DNA of 64,000 bases from Rhodospirillaceae bacterium. Its GTDB lineage: Bacteria > Pseudomonadota > Alphaproteobacteria > GCA-2731375. This document shows positions 1 to 9,063 of this stretch, in pieces. Location: assembly GCA_018660265.1 (NCBI GenBank), contig JABJKS010000106.1, positions 1,144-65,143 of the forward strand, read 5' to 3'. The stretch's first letter is position 1, and each line of letters opens with the position of its first letter. The notes beneath the pieces were generated by a model, which worked only from the letters and a program-made list of their open reading frames with translations, had not been told where the DNA came from and did no database searches. The translations under genes and the position numbers were made by a program.

Positions 1-855
1 CAGGCGGAACATCTCGGACGGCGGGCCATGGTATTTGGTCTGATATTTACGGCTCAACACCACTTCAAATATGTCGCCGACGTGCATGCGCTGGCGGGCC
101 ATTTTGACCTTGGCCATATATTCTTCCGGCGTGTGATCCGAGGTGATGGTGCCACTCGAAACCTGGTTCGGGCTGGATAGCGGTACCATGCCCGAGAATG
201 CGGTTTCCCCCTTGCCATGGGTGGTCAGGGCCCGGCGGGTGAATTCATATTCATAGGCATAGGCGACTTCCAGGCGGCGATCCATCACCATGATCCGGTC
301 GGGCAGATACAGATGCAACAGCTTGTCATCCTCGCCCCGGGGCATGGACAGGGGCATCTGCTCAAACTCATAAATCAGATCAAAGCCAAATGCGCCCCAC
401 AGGCCCAGGAAATCGTCATCCATGCCGTTGAATTCGGCCATCATGGCGCGGATCGGGGTGAAGGTCGATGGCTGCCGACTGCGTTCTTCTTCTGTAAAGT
501 GGCGATCCGGGCGGGCGATTTGCAAAAACAAATTCGCCTCATCCTCAGAGGCCAAATCAATATTCGGGTCTTTCAACAACAGCGGCCGCAACATGGCCAG
601 GATCGCAATGCCCCGTTCGTTCAGGGCGGTCAGGCGGAAGGCATCCGCATGGGCGACAATCTCCAATGGAGGGTCGATAAAGCCGAACTCCCAGCGTGAA
701 TATCGGTCCTGATCCTCAACACCGGATGAGAGGAAGGCACCGCGCGTGTTGTCGAGGGCATCGACCAAAAAGTCGATACCGCGTTGAAAATCGATCTTCC
801 GGTCGGTCCGGTCGATAACGATGCCCGAGGGCGAGACGAAAGAGTAATGGGTCAT
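1..855 (-). CDS. trpE: Anthranilate synthase component I, TrpE(G)-type or closely related chorismate-utilising enzyme; N-terminal part only, the gene continues past the window start
   Basis: The reverse-strand translation starts MTHYSFVSPSGIVIDR at 855. It contains DRYSRWEFGFIDPPL, FTEEERSRQPSTF, GLWGAFGFDLIYEFE and GDIFEVVLSRKY, which match conserved TrpE(G) and PhzE-type N-terminal and chorismate-binding motifs. The ORF track missed it because it runs off the window edge. Confidence 0.75.
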   Translation of the reverse strand, partial: MTHYSFVSPSGIVIDRTDRKIDFQRGIDFLVDALDNTRGAFLSSGVEDQDRYSRWEFGFIDPPLEIVAHADAFRLTALNERGIAILAMLRPLLLKDPNIDLASEDEANLFLQIARPDRHFTEEERSRQPSTFTPIRAMMAEFNGMDDDFLGLWGAFGFDLIYEFEQMPLSMPRGEDDKLLHLYLPDRIMVMDRRLEVAYAYEYEFTRRALTTHGKGETAFSGMVPLSSPNQVSSGTITSDHTPEEYMAKVKMARQRMHVGDIFEVVLSRKYQTKYHGPPSEMFRL

Positions 856-1121
856 AACAGGTTTCCTGAAGGCTTACTCCGCGGGCACAACACCTGAAAT
901 TCAGGCTTGGCGCGGTGTGATTATATTCATGGCGATTGAATGGTCGAAATATGACGTATCGGAAGGGGGAGGGCGGTGCTTATATGCCGCCCAGGCAAGC
1001 GAAGAGCCTCACCAAAGAAAGGTGATGAATTTGGGCGGCTGTTGCGCCGCCTCTGATGTGCGCTGTCCTGTCATTTCGCCGCGACGCTAGCACAAGGCCG
1101 CCTGGATGGTAAACTAATTTC

Positions 1122-2642
1122 ATGAGCGACTCATTTTTCCAGGCCCGAGACCAGGCAATCCCTTATCCCAGCCGCCCGGTACCCCTTTCCCATCCCACAC
1201 ACCTTTATGTGGTTGGCCGGCTGCATGGCCTCGACCCGGTTGCGATGGATGGGGCCCCGGCTGCCCCGGTTGCCAGGGTATTGGAATTGGGTTGCGGGGC
1301 GGGGGGCAACCTGTTGCCTATGGCGGCGTCTTTGCCTGGCGTGGAATTCGTCGGTGTCGATTTGTCCGGTCCGCAGATCGATTTGGCCCGTGTCGCAGCG
1401 GTAACCGCAGGCATAAATAACGTTGAATTTCTTGCCGGTGATGCCCTCTCGGCACTGGATGGGCGCGGAGATCTATCCTTTGACTACATAATTTTGCATG
1501 GCCTCTATTCCTGGGTTTCCGCTGCGGTACAGGATGCCCTATTGCCCTTGTGCAGCAAATTTTTGTCCGACAACGGCATTATATATATCAGCTACAACAC
1601 CTACCCCGGCTGGCATGGGCGGGGTCTGATCCGCGATTTGATGTTGCGCGCCTGCGCTGATCTATCCGACCCGACAGAACGTGCCACGGCGGCACGCGGG
1701 GCCCTGGATCGATTGGTTGCGGCCTATGCCCAGCCCGATGATGCCTATGCCAACTTGTTGGCGGAGGAACAGCAACGCGTGGCGGCGTTAGAGGACGGTT
1801 TCCTGCTGCATGATTTATTGGAGGCGGAAAACCACCCCATCTATGTTGACGAATTTCTCCGGCGCGGGGCGGATGCAGGACTGCAATTTGTTTCTGAAAG
1901 CAACGTCGCGGCGTCCCGTGAGGAGAATTTTGCCCCCGGTGTGCGCCTGCATCTGTCCGCCATTGATGATTTGGTGCAGCGGGAACAAAATGTCGACTTT
2001 CTGTTGAACCGTAGTTTTCGCCAATCCGTATTGTGCAAAGCGGGCCACAATGTGCGGCGGCAGATTTCAGCTGAGTGGTTGTCGGGCCTGTATCTTGCCT
2101 CTCCCGTGCGGCCCCTGGGTCAACTGCCCGAGGGTGAACCAGGCGAGGCGTTCTTTGCCACGCCGGACGGTGGCCGCTTTGGCATGACCACGCCCAGCGC
2201 GATTTCAGCGCTCAATCACCTGGCCCTTGCCTGGCCGGACTTCATAGCCCTTGAGGATCTTGCCGCCAAGGTGGGTGATCCGGCTATCGTGGCGCAATTG
2301 GTGATCGATCTGTACCCTCGTAACTGGCTGGATTTGCTGCCCCTAGCCCCCGGTTTTGTCATGCTGCCGGGACCACGGCCAATGGTCACGCCCCTGGCGC
2401 GGGTGCAAATCGTGACGGGGGAGCATGTGACGGATTTGCGCCACCGCAGCGTATTGATCACGGATAGCTTCACCAGACAGCTCATCCCGCACCTGGATGG
2501 GCAAACCGATCGGGCGGATTTGCTGGCAGCGGTCGCCGGGTTCGAAATTAGCGGTCGTCCTCAAATTGCCAATGATGACCCGGAAGCCTTATTGGATGCA
2601 GCCCTGCATCAATTGGCGGAGCGCTGCCTGCTTGTCCAATAG
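1122..2642 (+). CDS. Class I SAM-dependent methyltransferase with a C-terminal methyltransferase regulatory domain
   Basis: A 506 aa protein with the glycine-rich SAM-binding motif VLELGCGAGGN followed by DLS, a type 12 Rossmann fold, and a long C-terminal extension typical of the roughly 500 aa methyltransferase-regulatory-domain family. Confidence 0.65.
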   Translation: MSDSFFQARDQAIPYPSRPVPLSHPTHLYVVGRLHGLDPVAMDGAPAAPVARVLELGCGAGGNLLPMAASLPGVEFVGVDLSGPQIDLARVAAVTAGINNVEFLAGDALSALDGRGDLSFDYIILHGLYSWVSAAVQDALLPLCSKFLSDNGIIYISYNTYPGWHGRGLIRDLMLRACADLSDPTERATAARGALDRLVAAYAQPDDAYANLLAEEQQRVAALEDGFLLHDLLEAENHPIYVDEFLRRGADAGLQFVSESNVAASREENFAPGVRLHLSAIDDLVQREQNVDFLLNRSFRQSVLCKAGHNVRRQISAEWLSGLYLASPVRPLGQLPEGEPGEAFFATPDGGRFGMTTPSAISALNHLALAWPDFIALEDLAAKVGDPAIVAQLVIDLYPRNWLDLLPLAPGFVMLPGPRPMVTPLARVQIVTGEHVTDLRHRSVLITDSFTRQLIPHLDGQTDRADLLAAVAGFEISGRPQIANDDPEALLDAALHQLAERCLLVQ

Positions 2643-2736
2643 GTTGGCCACAGGATATAAGGGCGCCAGACATTTTCAAATTGGGCAGATCGTAAAGGGT
2701 TTCGATCCAATGGAAATTAGAGGGCGGGGATGAATA

Positions 2737-3252
2737 GTGGACGTTGATTGGACCGAGGATAATTTTTCCGTATTGCGTGACTGGCAGGTGCGCCAGGTTG
2801 CTTACGTGCCCGATGCGGGCCATGCGGATTTGATCAATCGCTGTGATCAGGCCGATGATATGCGCCTGGTTCCCCTGACCACGGAGGAAGAGGGCATCGC
2901 CGTCCTTGGTGGTGCCTGGTTGGGTGACCAGCGGGGCGTATTGTTGATGCAATCATCCGGGGTCGGTAATTGCATCAACATGTTGTCCCTGGCCCGGGTC
3001 TGCCGCTTTCCCTTGTTGATGATGGTGACCATGCGCGGCCAGTGGGGGGAGTTCAATCCCTGGCAGGTGCCCATGGGGGCCTTGACGCCGACGGTTTTGG
3101 AGGGGGCGGGCAGCTTAGTGTTTCCGGTTGATGATCCGGCCAAAATGGGTGAGACGACGAACGCTGCGGCGCGTATGGTTTTCGAAGGCCCGACACAGGC
3201 TGCCGTATTGATCGGCCAGTCGGTGATTGGCGCCAAGAGCTTTGGGAAATAG
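2737..3252 (+). CDS. comD: TPP-dependent decarboxylase alpha subunit (sulfopyruvate or phosphonopyruvate decarboxylase ComD-like, TPP N-terminal domain); GTG start
   Basis: A 171 aa protein resembling the N-terminal pyrimidine-binding domain of split TPP enzymes. It lies immediately upstream of a beta subunit gene with a 3 nt gap. The SD-like sequence agggcgggga precedes the GTG start. Confidence 0.65.
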   Translation: MDVDWTEDNFSVLRDWQVRQVAYVPDAGHADLINRCDQADDMRLVPLTTEEEGIAVLGGAWLGDQRGVLLMQSSGVGNCINMLSLARVCRFPLLMMVTMRGQWGEFNPWQVPMGALTPTVLEGAGSLVFPVDDPAKMGETTNAAARMVFEGPTQAAVLIGQSVIGAKSFGK

Positions 3253-3255
3253 GTC

Positions 3256-3879
3256 ATGAATAGTACTTTAAATGGCACTTTGGATCGTAATCGGGCGGCG
3301 GACTATCCCTTGCGCAGACGAGAGGTGGTGGCGGATTTGCTGGCGGATCGCGGCGATATGCTGGTCGTCGCGGGCCTTGGCGCGCCGGTCTGGGATTGTA
3401 CGGCGGTGGAAGACCATCCCCTGAATTTTCCCCTGTGGGGTGCCATGGGCGGTGCTGCCGCTATGGGCCTGGGCCTGGCTATGGCCCAGCCGGAGCGTCG
3501 GGTCCTGGTGATTACCGGCGATGGTGAGATGTTGATGGGCCTGGGTGCGATGACCACCATTGGTTCGCAACAGCCCGAAAACCTGTCGGTCGTGGTCTGT
3601 GACAATGAACGTTATGGGGAAACGGGCATGCAGCTGACCCACACCGCCGGCAACCTGGATCTACCTGCCATGGCCCTGGCCGCCGGCTTTGCCTCTGCCG
3701 CTGCCGTCAGTTCCGACAATGAGTTTAAGGCAGCGCTTCCCGCTATTCGCAACGCCAAGGGACCCGGCTTTTGGTCCATTAAAATCAAGGCGGAAGATAA
3801 CCCCATCGGTGTCATGCCGCCCAAAGACGGTGTTACCCTGAAAGACCGCTTCCGCGCGGCGCTGTTAGGGGCAGCCTGA
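3256..3879 (+). CDS. comE: TPP-dependent decarboxylase beta subunit (sulfopyruvate or phosphonopyruvate decarboxylase ComE-like, TPP-binding domain)
   Basis: A 207 aa protein with a TPP-binding GDG-x(n)-N-type motif (ITGDGEMLMGLGAM...VVVCDNERYGETG). It is translationally coupled to the alpha subunit. Confidence 0.7.
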   Translation: MNSTLNGTLDRNRAADYPLRRREVVADLLADRGDMLVVAGLGAPVWDCTAVEDHPLNFPLWGAMGGAAAMGLGLAMAQPERRVLVITGDGEMLMGLGAMTTIGSQQPENLSVVVCDNERYGETGMQLTHTAGNLDLPAMALAAGFASAAAVSSDNEFKAALPAIRNAKGPGFWSIKIKAEDNPIGVMPPKDGVTLKDRFRAALLGAA

Positions 3880-3928
3880 ATATGCTCCAGGTGCGAAAAA
3901 CCTGACCGCTGGCCGATGCGACGACCGC
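3624..3928 (+). repeat. Direct repeat copy 1: the 3-prime 255 nt of the comE-like gene plus about 50 nt downstream, about 90 percent identical to 5073-5378
   Basis: Direct nucleotide comparison of 3641-3900 with 5081-5340. Homology starts at gggcatgcagct and continues past the stop codon. Confidence 0.8.
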
Positions 3929-3945
3929 GCTTGACCTCGGAGCGG

Positions 3946-4935
3946 TTAAACCGTAACGCGGTTCAGTATGGATTTTGCATCGTTAACTATTTCGTTGATG
4001 ATCTCAGCCGCCGGCTGAACCTTCCGCACCATCGACAGCCCTTGTCCCGCCCACATCGATAACGCTTCAATATTGCCTTCTGCATCAGGACCGGGCGTAT
4101 AACTCTGGTAGCGTAAAATTTCGCCACGAGACGGGGACCTGGCAATTACTTCGCCCTCGCCGGGACGATCACCACTCGGTGGCCTGCCTTCCGTCTCCCA
4201 CAGGTCAACCGTGCTATTACGCAGAACGCGATGCGGTGCGTCGGGCCACCCAACATTAAATAGATCATTGTGATGGGTCGTATCATTTTCGGATGCATCT
4301 AAAACACGCTGCTGGTAGTCGGGATGGATTTCGACTTCTTCGCTGGCAAGAAAACGGGTGCCAATCCAAGCGGCGGATGCGCCAAGTGCTAGAACTGCAG
4401 CCAGCCCCCGACCATCTGCAATGCCACCAGCCGCGATTACTGGAACATCACCGACTGCGTCGACGACAGCTGGCACCAACGGTAATGTCGCAACAGTTCC
4501 ACGGACGTGCCCGCCTGCTTCCCATCCCTGAGCGACGATTGCGTCAACACCACTGTCTACCGCTTTTCGCGCGGCTTCCGCATCCCCAACCGAATGCAAC
4601 ACAATTGCTCCGGCATCCTTTGCCTTCCTAATCAATGGCGTCGGGTCGCGCCAAAAAAAAGAAATGATCGGAACGCCTTCGTCCAAACAAGCGTCTAATA
4701 GTTTTTCCTGTGGGAAATCCATGTTCAAGTTTACGGCAAAAGGCTTTGCCGTGAGCGATTTGGTTTGACGAACAACTTTCCGAAGGTTCTCAACGTCTCC
4801 GCCCCATAATGGCAAAACGCCTAGACCACCGGCGTTGCTGACAGCCGCCGCTAACTTCGCTCCAACAGCTCCGCCCATTGGCGCTAACACAACGGGTAAT
4901 TCGACGCCAACGCATTCGCAAAAACTGGATGCCAT
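3946..4935 (-). CDS. Nitronate monooxygenase (NMO, 2-nitropropane dioxygenase, FMN-dependent TIM barrel) family
   Basis: A 329 aa protein with the LPVVLAPMGG N-terminal motif, a GGIADGRG flavin-binding region and the overall NMO architecture. It sits between the two copies of the comE tail repeat. Confidence 0.8.
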   Translation of the reverse strand: MASSFCECVGVELPVVLAPMGGAVGAKLAAAVSNAGGLGVLPLWGGDVENLRKVVRQTKSLTAKPFAVNLNMDFPQEKLLDACLDEGVPIISFFWRDPTPLIRKAKDAGAIVLHSVGDAEAARKAVDSGVDAIVAQGWEAGGHVRGTVATLPLVPAVVDAVGDVPVIAAGGIADGRGLAAVLALGASAAWIGTRFLASEEVEIHPDYQQRVLDASENDTTHHNDLFNVGWPDAPHRVLRNSTVDLWETEGRPPSGDRPGEGEVIARSPSRGEILRYQSYTPGPDAEGNIEALSMWAGQGLSMVRKVQPAAEIINEIVNDAKSILNRVTV

Positions 4936-5021
4936 TATCTATGTCCCCTTTGTCGTTTGAGCAATCTTAGCGTGCAATTTCCGTCGCGTCTGATTTTAGC
5001 ATGCGAATGTGAGAAGATCTC

Positions 5022-5075
5022 CTTGTGGCAAAAGCAGAACTGTATTCTGTTGCACCCAATATCTGCTGTAGGGGG
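5022..5075 (+). repeat. 55-bp junction repeat (X-repeat) copy 1
   Basis: cttgtggcaaaagcagaactgtattctgttgcacccaatatctgctgtaggggg is about 89 percent identical to 7378-7430. It contains a short hairpin, cagaa..ttctg. A comE-like fragment follows immediately. Confidence 0.7.
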
Positions 5076-5331
5076 CATGCAGCTAACCTATACCGCCGGC
5101 AACCTGGACCTACCCGCGATGGCCTTGGCCGCCGGCTTTGCCTCCGCCGCTGCCGTCAGCTCCGACAACGAGTTTAAGGCAGCGCTTCCCGCTATTCGCA
5201 GCGCCAAAGGCCCCGGTTTCTGGTCCATCAAGATCAGGGCGGAAGATAACCCCATCGGTGTCATGCCGCCAAACGACGGCGTCACCCTAAAAGACCGCTT
5301 CCGCGCGGCGCTGTTAGGGGCAGCTTGAAAA
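5073..5331 (+). pseudogene. Fragment encoding the C-terminal 83 aa of a ComE-like beta subunit, a paralogous remnant with no N-terminal TPP domain
   Basis: Encodes MQLTYTAGNLDLPAMALAAGFASAAAVSSDNEFKAALPAIRSAKGPGFWSIKIRAEDNPIGVMPPNDGVTLKDRFRAALLGAA, which is near-identical to the C-terminus of the 3256-3879 product. The upstream reading frame passes through the unrelated X-repeat. Confidence 0.7.
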
Positions 5332-5529
5332 TGCTCCAGGCGCAAGAAATCCGGCCGCTGGCCGGCGCGACGCCCAATCGTGCCATCGGATCATGTCGGC
5401 TCCATGTGGCCAAGCAGACAATATTCCAGGATGGGTGCGATGACTGCCTTTGACCCGACTCGGATCTTCATCAGCGGTCAATGGGCCGCGAAAATAGTTG
5501 AGAAATTACTTGTTACACAGGGACCCCTA

Positions 5530-7311
5530 TCATTGGTTGCCTTGCTGTTCGGGAAGCGGGCCGTCGTAGACCTCGCGGATTGGGTTTGTGTATTCGTGCC
5601 AAAGGGTTCCTTCACTCCCCGCGCGAAATATAAAGGGGATAGCCGTATCGCTGCTTTGGCGCACCTGCTCAAGTACCGCTTTCGCCCTGCCGATGTCGTT
5701 CAGTCGAACGCAAGCTCCAGCCAAAACGAGTTGGGCGCTGATCATCGTCGAATTTAGGTTGATCGACCTCTCGGCAGCTTCTTTCGCCCCTTCATAATCC
5801 CGATGAAACTGGCGCGATGCAGCTAATAACCACCAAAACATGTACTCGATCGGATCCCTTGGGCTCAGCCGGAATGCCAATTCGCAAAATTCAATACCCT
5901 TTTCGGTCTCGCCAAAAGCTGCGGTTGCATACCCATGCATAGCGTTTGCGAGCGCGGCGTTGGGGTTGAGCTCTATAGCGCGCTGCAGTAGGGGGCGAGC
6001 TTGACGGAACCGACCTAGCCACCAGCACGCAAAACCCACATCCGCCAAAACTGTGGGATCGTTCGGCCCGTGATGCAGCGCTTGTTCGCCATGTCGAAGG
6101 GACTCGCTGGCGGTCGTTTTGAAGTCATCTGTCCAGCCGTTGTAGGAGCGCCATGCCAAAATGTATGCTGACACCGCATGGCCGATCGCATAGTTGGGAT
6201 CGAGGTTCGTAGACCGCTTCGCGAACGGTTCAGCTTCGTCGATATCCTGACGGCGATAGTTCTGCAACAGCGTCTTTGCTCTAACAACGTTGCCCCAGGC
6301 ATCCAGGGCACCGGGCGGCTTACGGCTTAGAAAGCTGGCTTCCGCCATCAACAGGCGTGATTGCAGGGCACCCGCGATGCCCTGGGTCACCTCATCCTGC
6401 ACCGCGAAGATGTCATCCAGTACCCGATCATAGCGGTCGGCCCAGATGTGGTTACCGCTTTCGGCGTCAATGAACTGGGCCGTGACCCGAATGCGATTAC
6501 CGGCCTTGCGCACACTGCCCTCCAGCACATAGCGGACGCCAAGGTCTGCGGCGACTTTTCGCACATCAGGAGATTGGCCTTTGTAGGCGAAGGTAGAATT
6601 GCGGGCGATCACGAATAGGTCCGGCACGCTGGAAAGCAGGGTGATGATGTCCTCTGTCATGCCATCGGCGAAGAATTCCTGCTCGGGGTCACCAGACATA
6701 TTATCGAACGGTAACACCGCGATGGAGGGTTTATCGGGCAACGGCAGTGGCGCATTGATGACTGTCGGAACTTCTGCATCAAATGCAGAGGGCGCCCACT
6801 GCCAGACCCGCACGGATCGCTCAATGTTTTTCAGCTCCCGGTCACCACCATCAACAAATTCGGCCTCAATGCGGCCTTCGACACTGTCATGGGCGTTGCT
6901 TGAAATTGTAACGCAGCCAGTATCACAAATCTCTTGTAGTCGTGCCGAGATGTTGACACCATCGCCGAAGATATCGTCACTTTCGACAATCACGTCGCCG
7001 AGGTGAACGCCAATGCGGAAGCAGATAGCGTCATCATCCCCAATGCCAGAATTGCGGGTCGCCATACCTTCTTGAACAGCAACAACGCATTCGCTTGCCG
7101 CGACGACAGATGGAAACTCAAGCAGCAATCCATCGCCAGTCGTCTTGACGATGCGTCCACCGTGTTTGGCGATCAGTGGGTCAATATGTTCAGAACGGTG
7201 CGCATTCAAACGCCGTAAGGTGCCCGCTTCGTCGCGTCCCATGAGGCGCGAATAGCCAGCCACATCAGCCGACACGATTGCTGCTAATCTGCGTAGGGTT
7301 TTCTCCGTCAT
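5530..7311 (-). CDS. Class III adenylate/guanylate cyclase (CHD domain) fused to a TPR-repeat regulatory domain
   Basis: The N-terminus has LAAIVSADVAGYSRLMGRDE...GDGLLLEFPSVVAASECVVAVQ...RIGVHLGDVIVE, typical of a CHD cyclase. The C-terminal roughly 300 aa are helical TPR-like repeats. This is a common rhizobial CyaD-type architecture. Confidence 0.8.
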   Translation of the reverse strand: MTEKTLRRLAAIVSADVAGYSRLMGRDEAGTLRRLNAHRSEHIDPLIAKHGGRIVKTTGDGLLLEFPSVVAASECVVAVQEGMATRNSGIGDDDAICFRIGVHLGDVIVESDDIFGDGVNISARLQEICDTGCVTISSNAHDSVEGRIEAEFVDGGDRELKNIERSVRVWQWAPSAFDAEVPTVINAPLPLPDKPSIAVLPFDNMSGDPEQEFFADGMTEDIITLLSSVPDLFVIARNSTFAYKGQSPDVRKVAADLGVRYVLEGSVRKAGNRIRVTAQFIDAESGNHIWADRYDRVLDDIFAVQDEVTQGIAGALQSRLLMAEASFLSRKPPGALDAWGNVVRAKTLLQNYRRQDIDEAEPFAKRSTNLDPNYAIGHAVSAYILAWRSYNGWTDDFKTTASESLRHGEQALHHGPNDPTVLADVGFACWWLGRFRQARPLLQRAIELNPNAALANAMHGYATAAFGETEKGIEFCELAFRLSPRDPIEYMFWWLLAASRQFHRDYEGAKEAAERSINLNSTMISAQLVLAGACVRLNDIGRAKAVLEQVRQSSDTAIPFIFRAGSEGTLWHEYTNPIREVYDGPLPEQQGNQ

Positions 7312-7377
7312 GGCGGGTAGTGTAACGGCAAGTGTTCAGCTAATCCAAGCATGATAGATAAGTTGTTGCATGGTCGC

Positions 7378-7430
7378 TTATGGCACAAAGCAGAATTGTA
7401 TCCTGTTGCACCCAACGTCTGCTGTTGGGG
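7378..7430 (+). repeat. 55-bp junction repeat (X-repeat) copy 2
   Basis: cttatggcacaaagcagaattgtatcctgttgcacccaacgtctgctgttgggg. A fragment matching comE at 3298-3362 follows. Confidence 0.7.
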
Positions 7431-7435
7431 TCGAG

Positions 7436-7503
7436 GTGGACTATCGCTGTTAAGCCGGCGCTGGCCGGTGGTGGAGATGCTGGCGGATCGCGGCGCTATT
7501 TGC
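7436..7503 (+). pseudogene. Short fragment homologous to the 5-prime region of the comE-like gene
   Basis: ggactatc...ggtggtggagatgctggcggatcgcggcgctatttg aligns to 3298-3362 (ggactatc...ggtggtggcggatttgctggcggatcgcggcgatatg). Confidence 0.5.
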
Positions 7504-7518
7504 ATAGCCTGACGGGCC

Positions 7519-7962
7519 CTAAACGCCTGACGTGCGGCGTAGGGGTTCGAGGCGGAAGCTTAGGCGAACCCAGTTTTTCTGCAACCGGTCGCCGTCCATC
7601 AAATAGTGGGTGCGCAAGGCGGATATGTCGCGGTAGCAACGCTGTAAGGCTTCACCGTCGTTCATGGCACTGCTGCCACCGGCGATAAATAGAACATCCA
7701 CGACCTTTGCCGTTTACTCCACGCATTGTTGCAGCAGCATTTGCATATGGGCGCGTGTCCCGAAGGCACCCGGCGCAGCGCTTCGCATTCGTTGGCGCGG
7801 GCCCGCAAACCCGGGATCAGGTCGCGGGCCCGTTGGGGCATGACCTCAGAGCTTAGGTTCAGGTCAACTTCGTGGCTATGGTCCGCCCGGCATTGTCCCG
7901 TATTTCTAACCCCGCGACGGCAGTACCACCACGCCGGTGCCTTGGATCGATAGTTCATCATC
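7519..7962 (-). pseudogene. Degraded remnant of an acyl-CoA-dehydrogenase-like flavin monooxygenase: an N-terminal piece and a C-terminal piece, out of frame with each other
   Basis: The minus-strand ORFs encode LIPGLRARANECEALRRVPSGHAP, which is N-terminal-like, and VLFIAGGSSAMNDGEALQRCYRDISALRTHYLMD, which resembles the conserved C-terminal helix of ACAD-fold monooxygenases. There is no intact reading frame. Confidence 0.35.
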
Positions 7963-9060
7963 TTGCTGATGGGCCTTTTGGCTGATCTCTACACAATGGC
8001 GACCATCACCATCGATGAATTTATTGCTCACTTCGCCGTTGATATACAGCACGTCGCCTTCCGGGTTATGGCGGCGGATACGGGTTTTGTGGTTGGCCAG
8101 GAAACCGTCATCGCCCATCCAGTTGGTTAGGTGATGGGTCAGCCAGGAGACCCGCTCCGGCCCATAGTCATAGGCACCGGGGGCACCGACTTCGACTGCG
8201 AAATCGTTCTCCCAATGCACCCGCTCGGGGCAGTCGGGGATGTTAAAGCGGTTGGTAATGCCCAGGCCGGGATGTTTATGGATCTGTTGCCAGGCTAGTT
8301 TGTTGGCACGAATATAAAGCCCACCCCAACCTTGGGCATAGCAGATGAAGCCCGTGGCGGTCATGGGGCCTTTGAGCATCGTGGGTAACTTGTCGCCGAC
8401 GTTGACGTCTTCATAATAACGGGTTTCGCCACCCCGGATTTCTTCCTTGGCATAATGGCGATAGATATCCACCAGCTCTTCCTCGGTATAGCGCAGCTGG
8501 CCTTTTTTTGCGGCGTCATACTTGGTGCCGGCTTCCCGCGCCTTGTCGCGTTCCGTGCGGAAGCACCAGCTGTCGGCGCTGCAGATATTGTCGCCGTCCT
8601 GGTTATAGAATTCCACATGATAGACCTGCTCGATCGCGCGGCCTGAAAATTGTGTGTCGTGGGGGATCAGCTCCTTCAACCAGGCTTCACAATGGACTTC
8701 GTCATTGCGGTTTAGATGCTTATGCCAGTTCCAATCAGCCCCGGCCCACATGGCATGGATGCCGGGCAATCCGCCAACATAGCCGGAGATGATGCGGTTG
8801 GTCGCGAACAGAAATGAGGGCAAGGCGATCAGGCCGTCATATTTGGTCTTCGCGGCATATTCGGGATCACACCACAGGGGATTGTCGTCACCGATGCCGT
8901 GGGCATAGTGGCGGATGTTGTCCCGGGTTGCCTCGTAACACCACGGCTCCGGCATATTCTCGATCTTCACGCCGACGCGTTTTTGTAGATCTTCCAGGCC
9001 CCGTTCGGAGATTTTGGGGAACCGTCCCCCACTTTCGCTGGCTTGGCTTTCGTCGCTCAT
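7906..9060 (-). CDS. Double hot-dog (FAS1-like N-terminal plus MaoC-like C-terminal) acyl dehydratase/hydratase
   Basis: A 384 aa protein. It is a clear paralogue of 38660-39811, sharing RDxIRHxAxGxGDDNPLWxDxxYAAK and later blocks. It lies downstream of a CoA ligase in the same orientation. Confidence 0.7.
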   Translation of the reverse strand: MSDESQASESGGRFPKISERGLEDLQKRVGVKIENMPEPWCYEATRDNIRHYAHGIGDDNPLWCDPEYAAKTKYDGLIALPSFLFATNRIISGYVGGLPGIHAMWAGADWNWHKHLNRNDEVHCEAWLKELIPHDTQFSGRAIEQVYHVEFYNQDGDNICSADSWCFRTERDKAREAGTKYDAAKKGQLRYTEEELVDIYRHYAKEEIRGGETRYYEDVNVGDKLPTMLKGPMTATGFICYAQGWGGLYIRANKLAWQQIHKHPGLGITNRFNIPDCPERVHWENDFAVEVGAPGAYDYGPERVSWLTHHLTNWMGDDGFLANHKTRIRRHNPEGDVLYINGEVSNKFIDGDGRHCVEISQKAHQQDDELSIQGTGVVVLPSRG

Positions 9061-9063
9061 TGT

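Noticed and set aside
217-712. Plus-strand ORFs of 160 aa and 96 aa at the left end
   Set aside because: They lie antisense to, and fully inside, a well-supported trpE(G) reading frame on the minus strand. They have GC-rich, low-complexity translations with no recognisable motif.
1009-1074. Minus-strand 21-codon mini-ORF (MTGQRTSEAAQQPPKFITFLW-stop) upstream of trpE, considered as a Trp attenuation leader peptide
   Set aside because: There is only a single Trp codon. It lies about 150 nt from the trpE start. No convincing alternative terminator/antiterminator hairpins with a U-tract were found. Known rhizobial trpE(G) leaders carry three consecutive Trp codons.
5380-5757. 125 aa plus-strand ORF downstream of the comE fragment
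   Set aside because: It overlaps the 3-prime end of the cyclase-TPR gene antisense. It has no motifs and is likely spurious.
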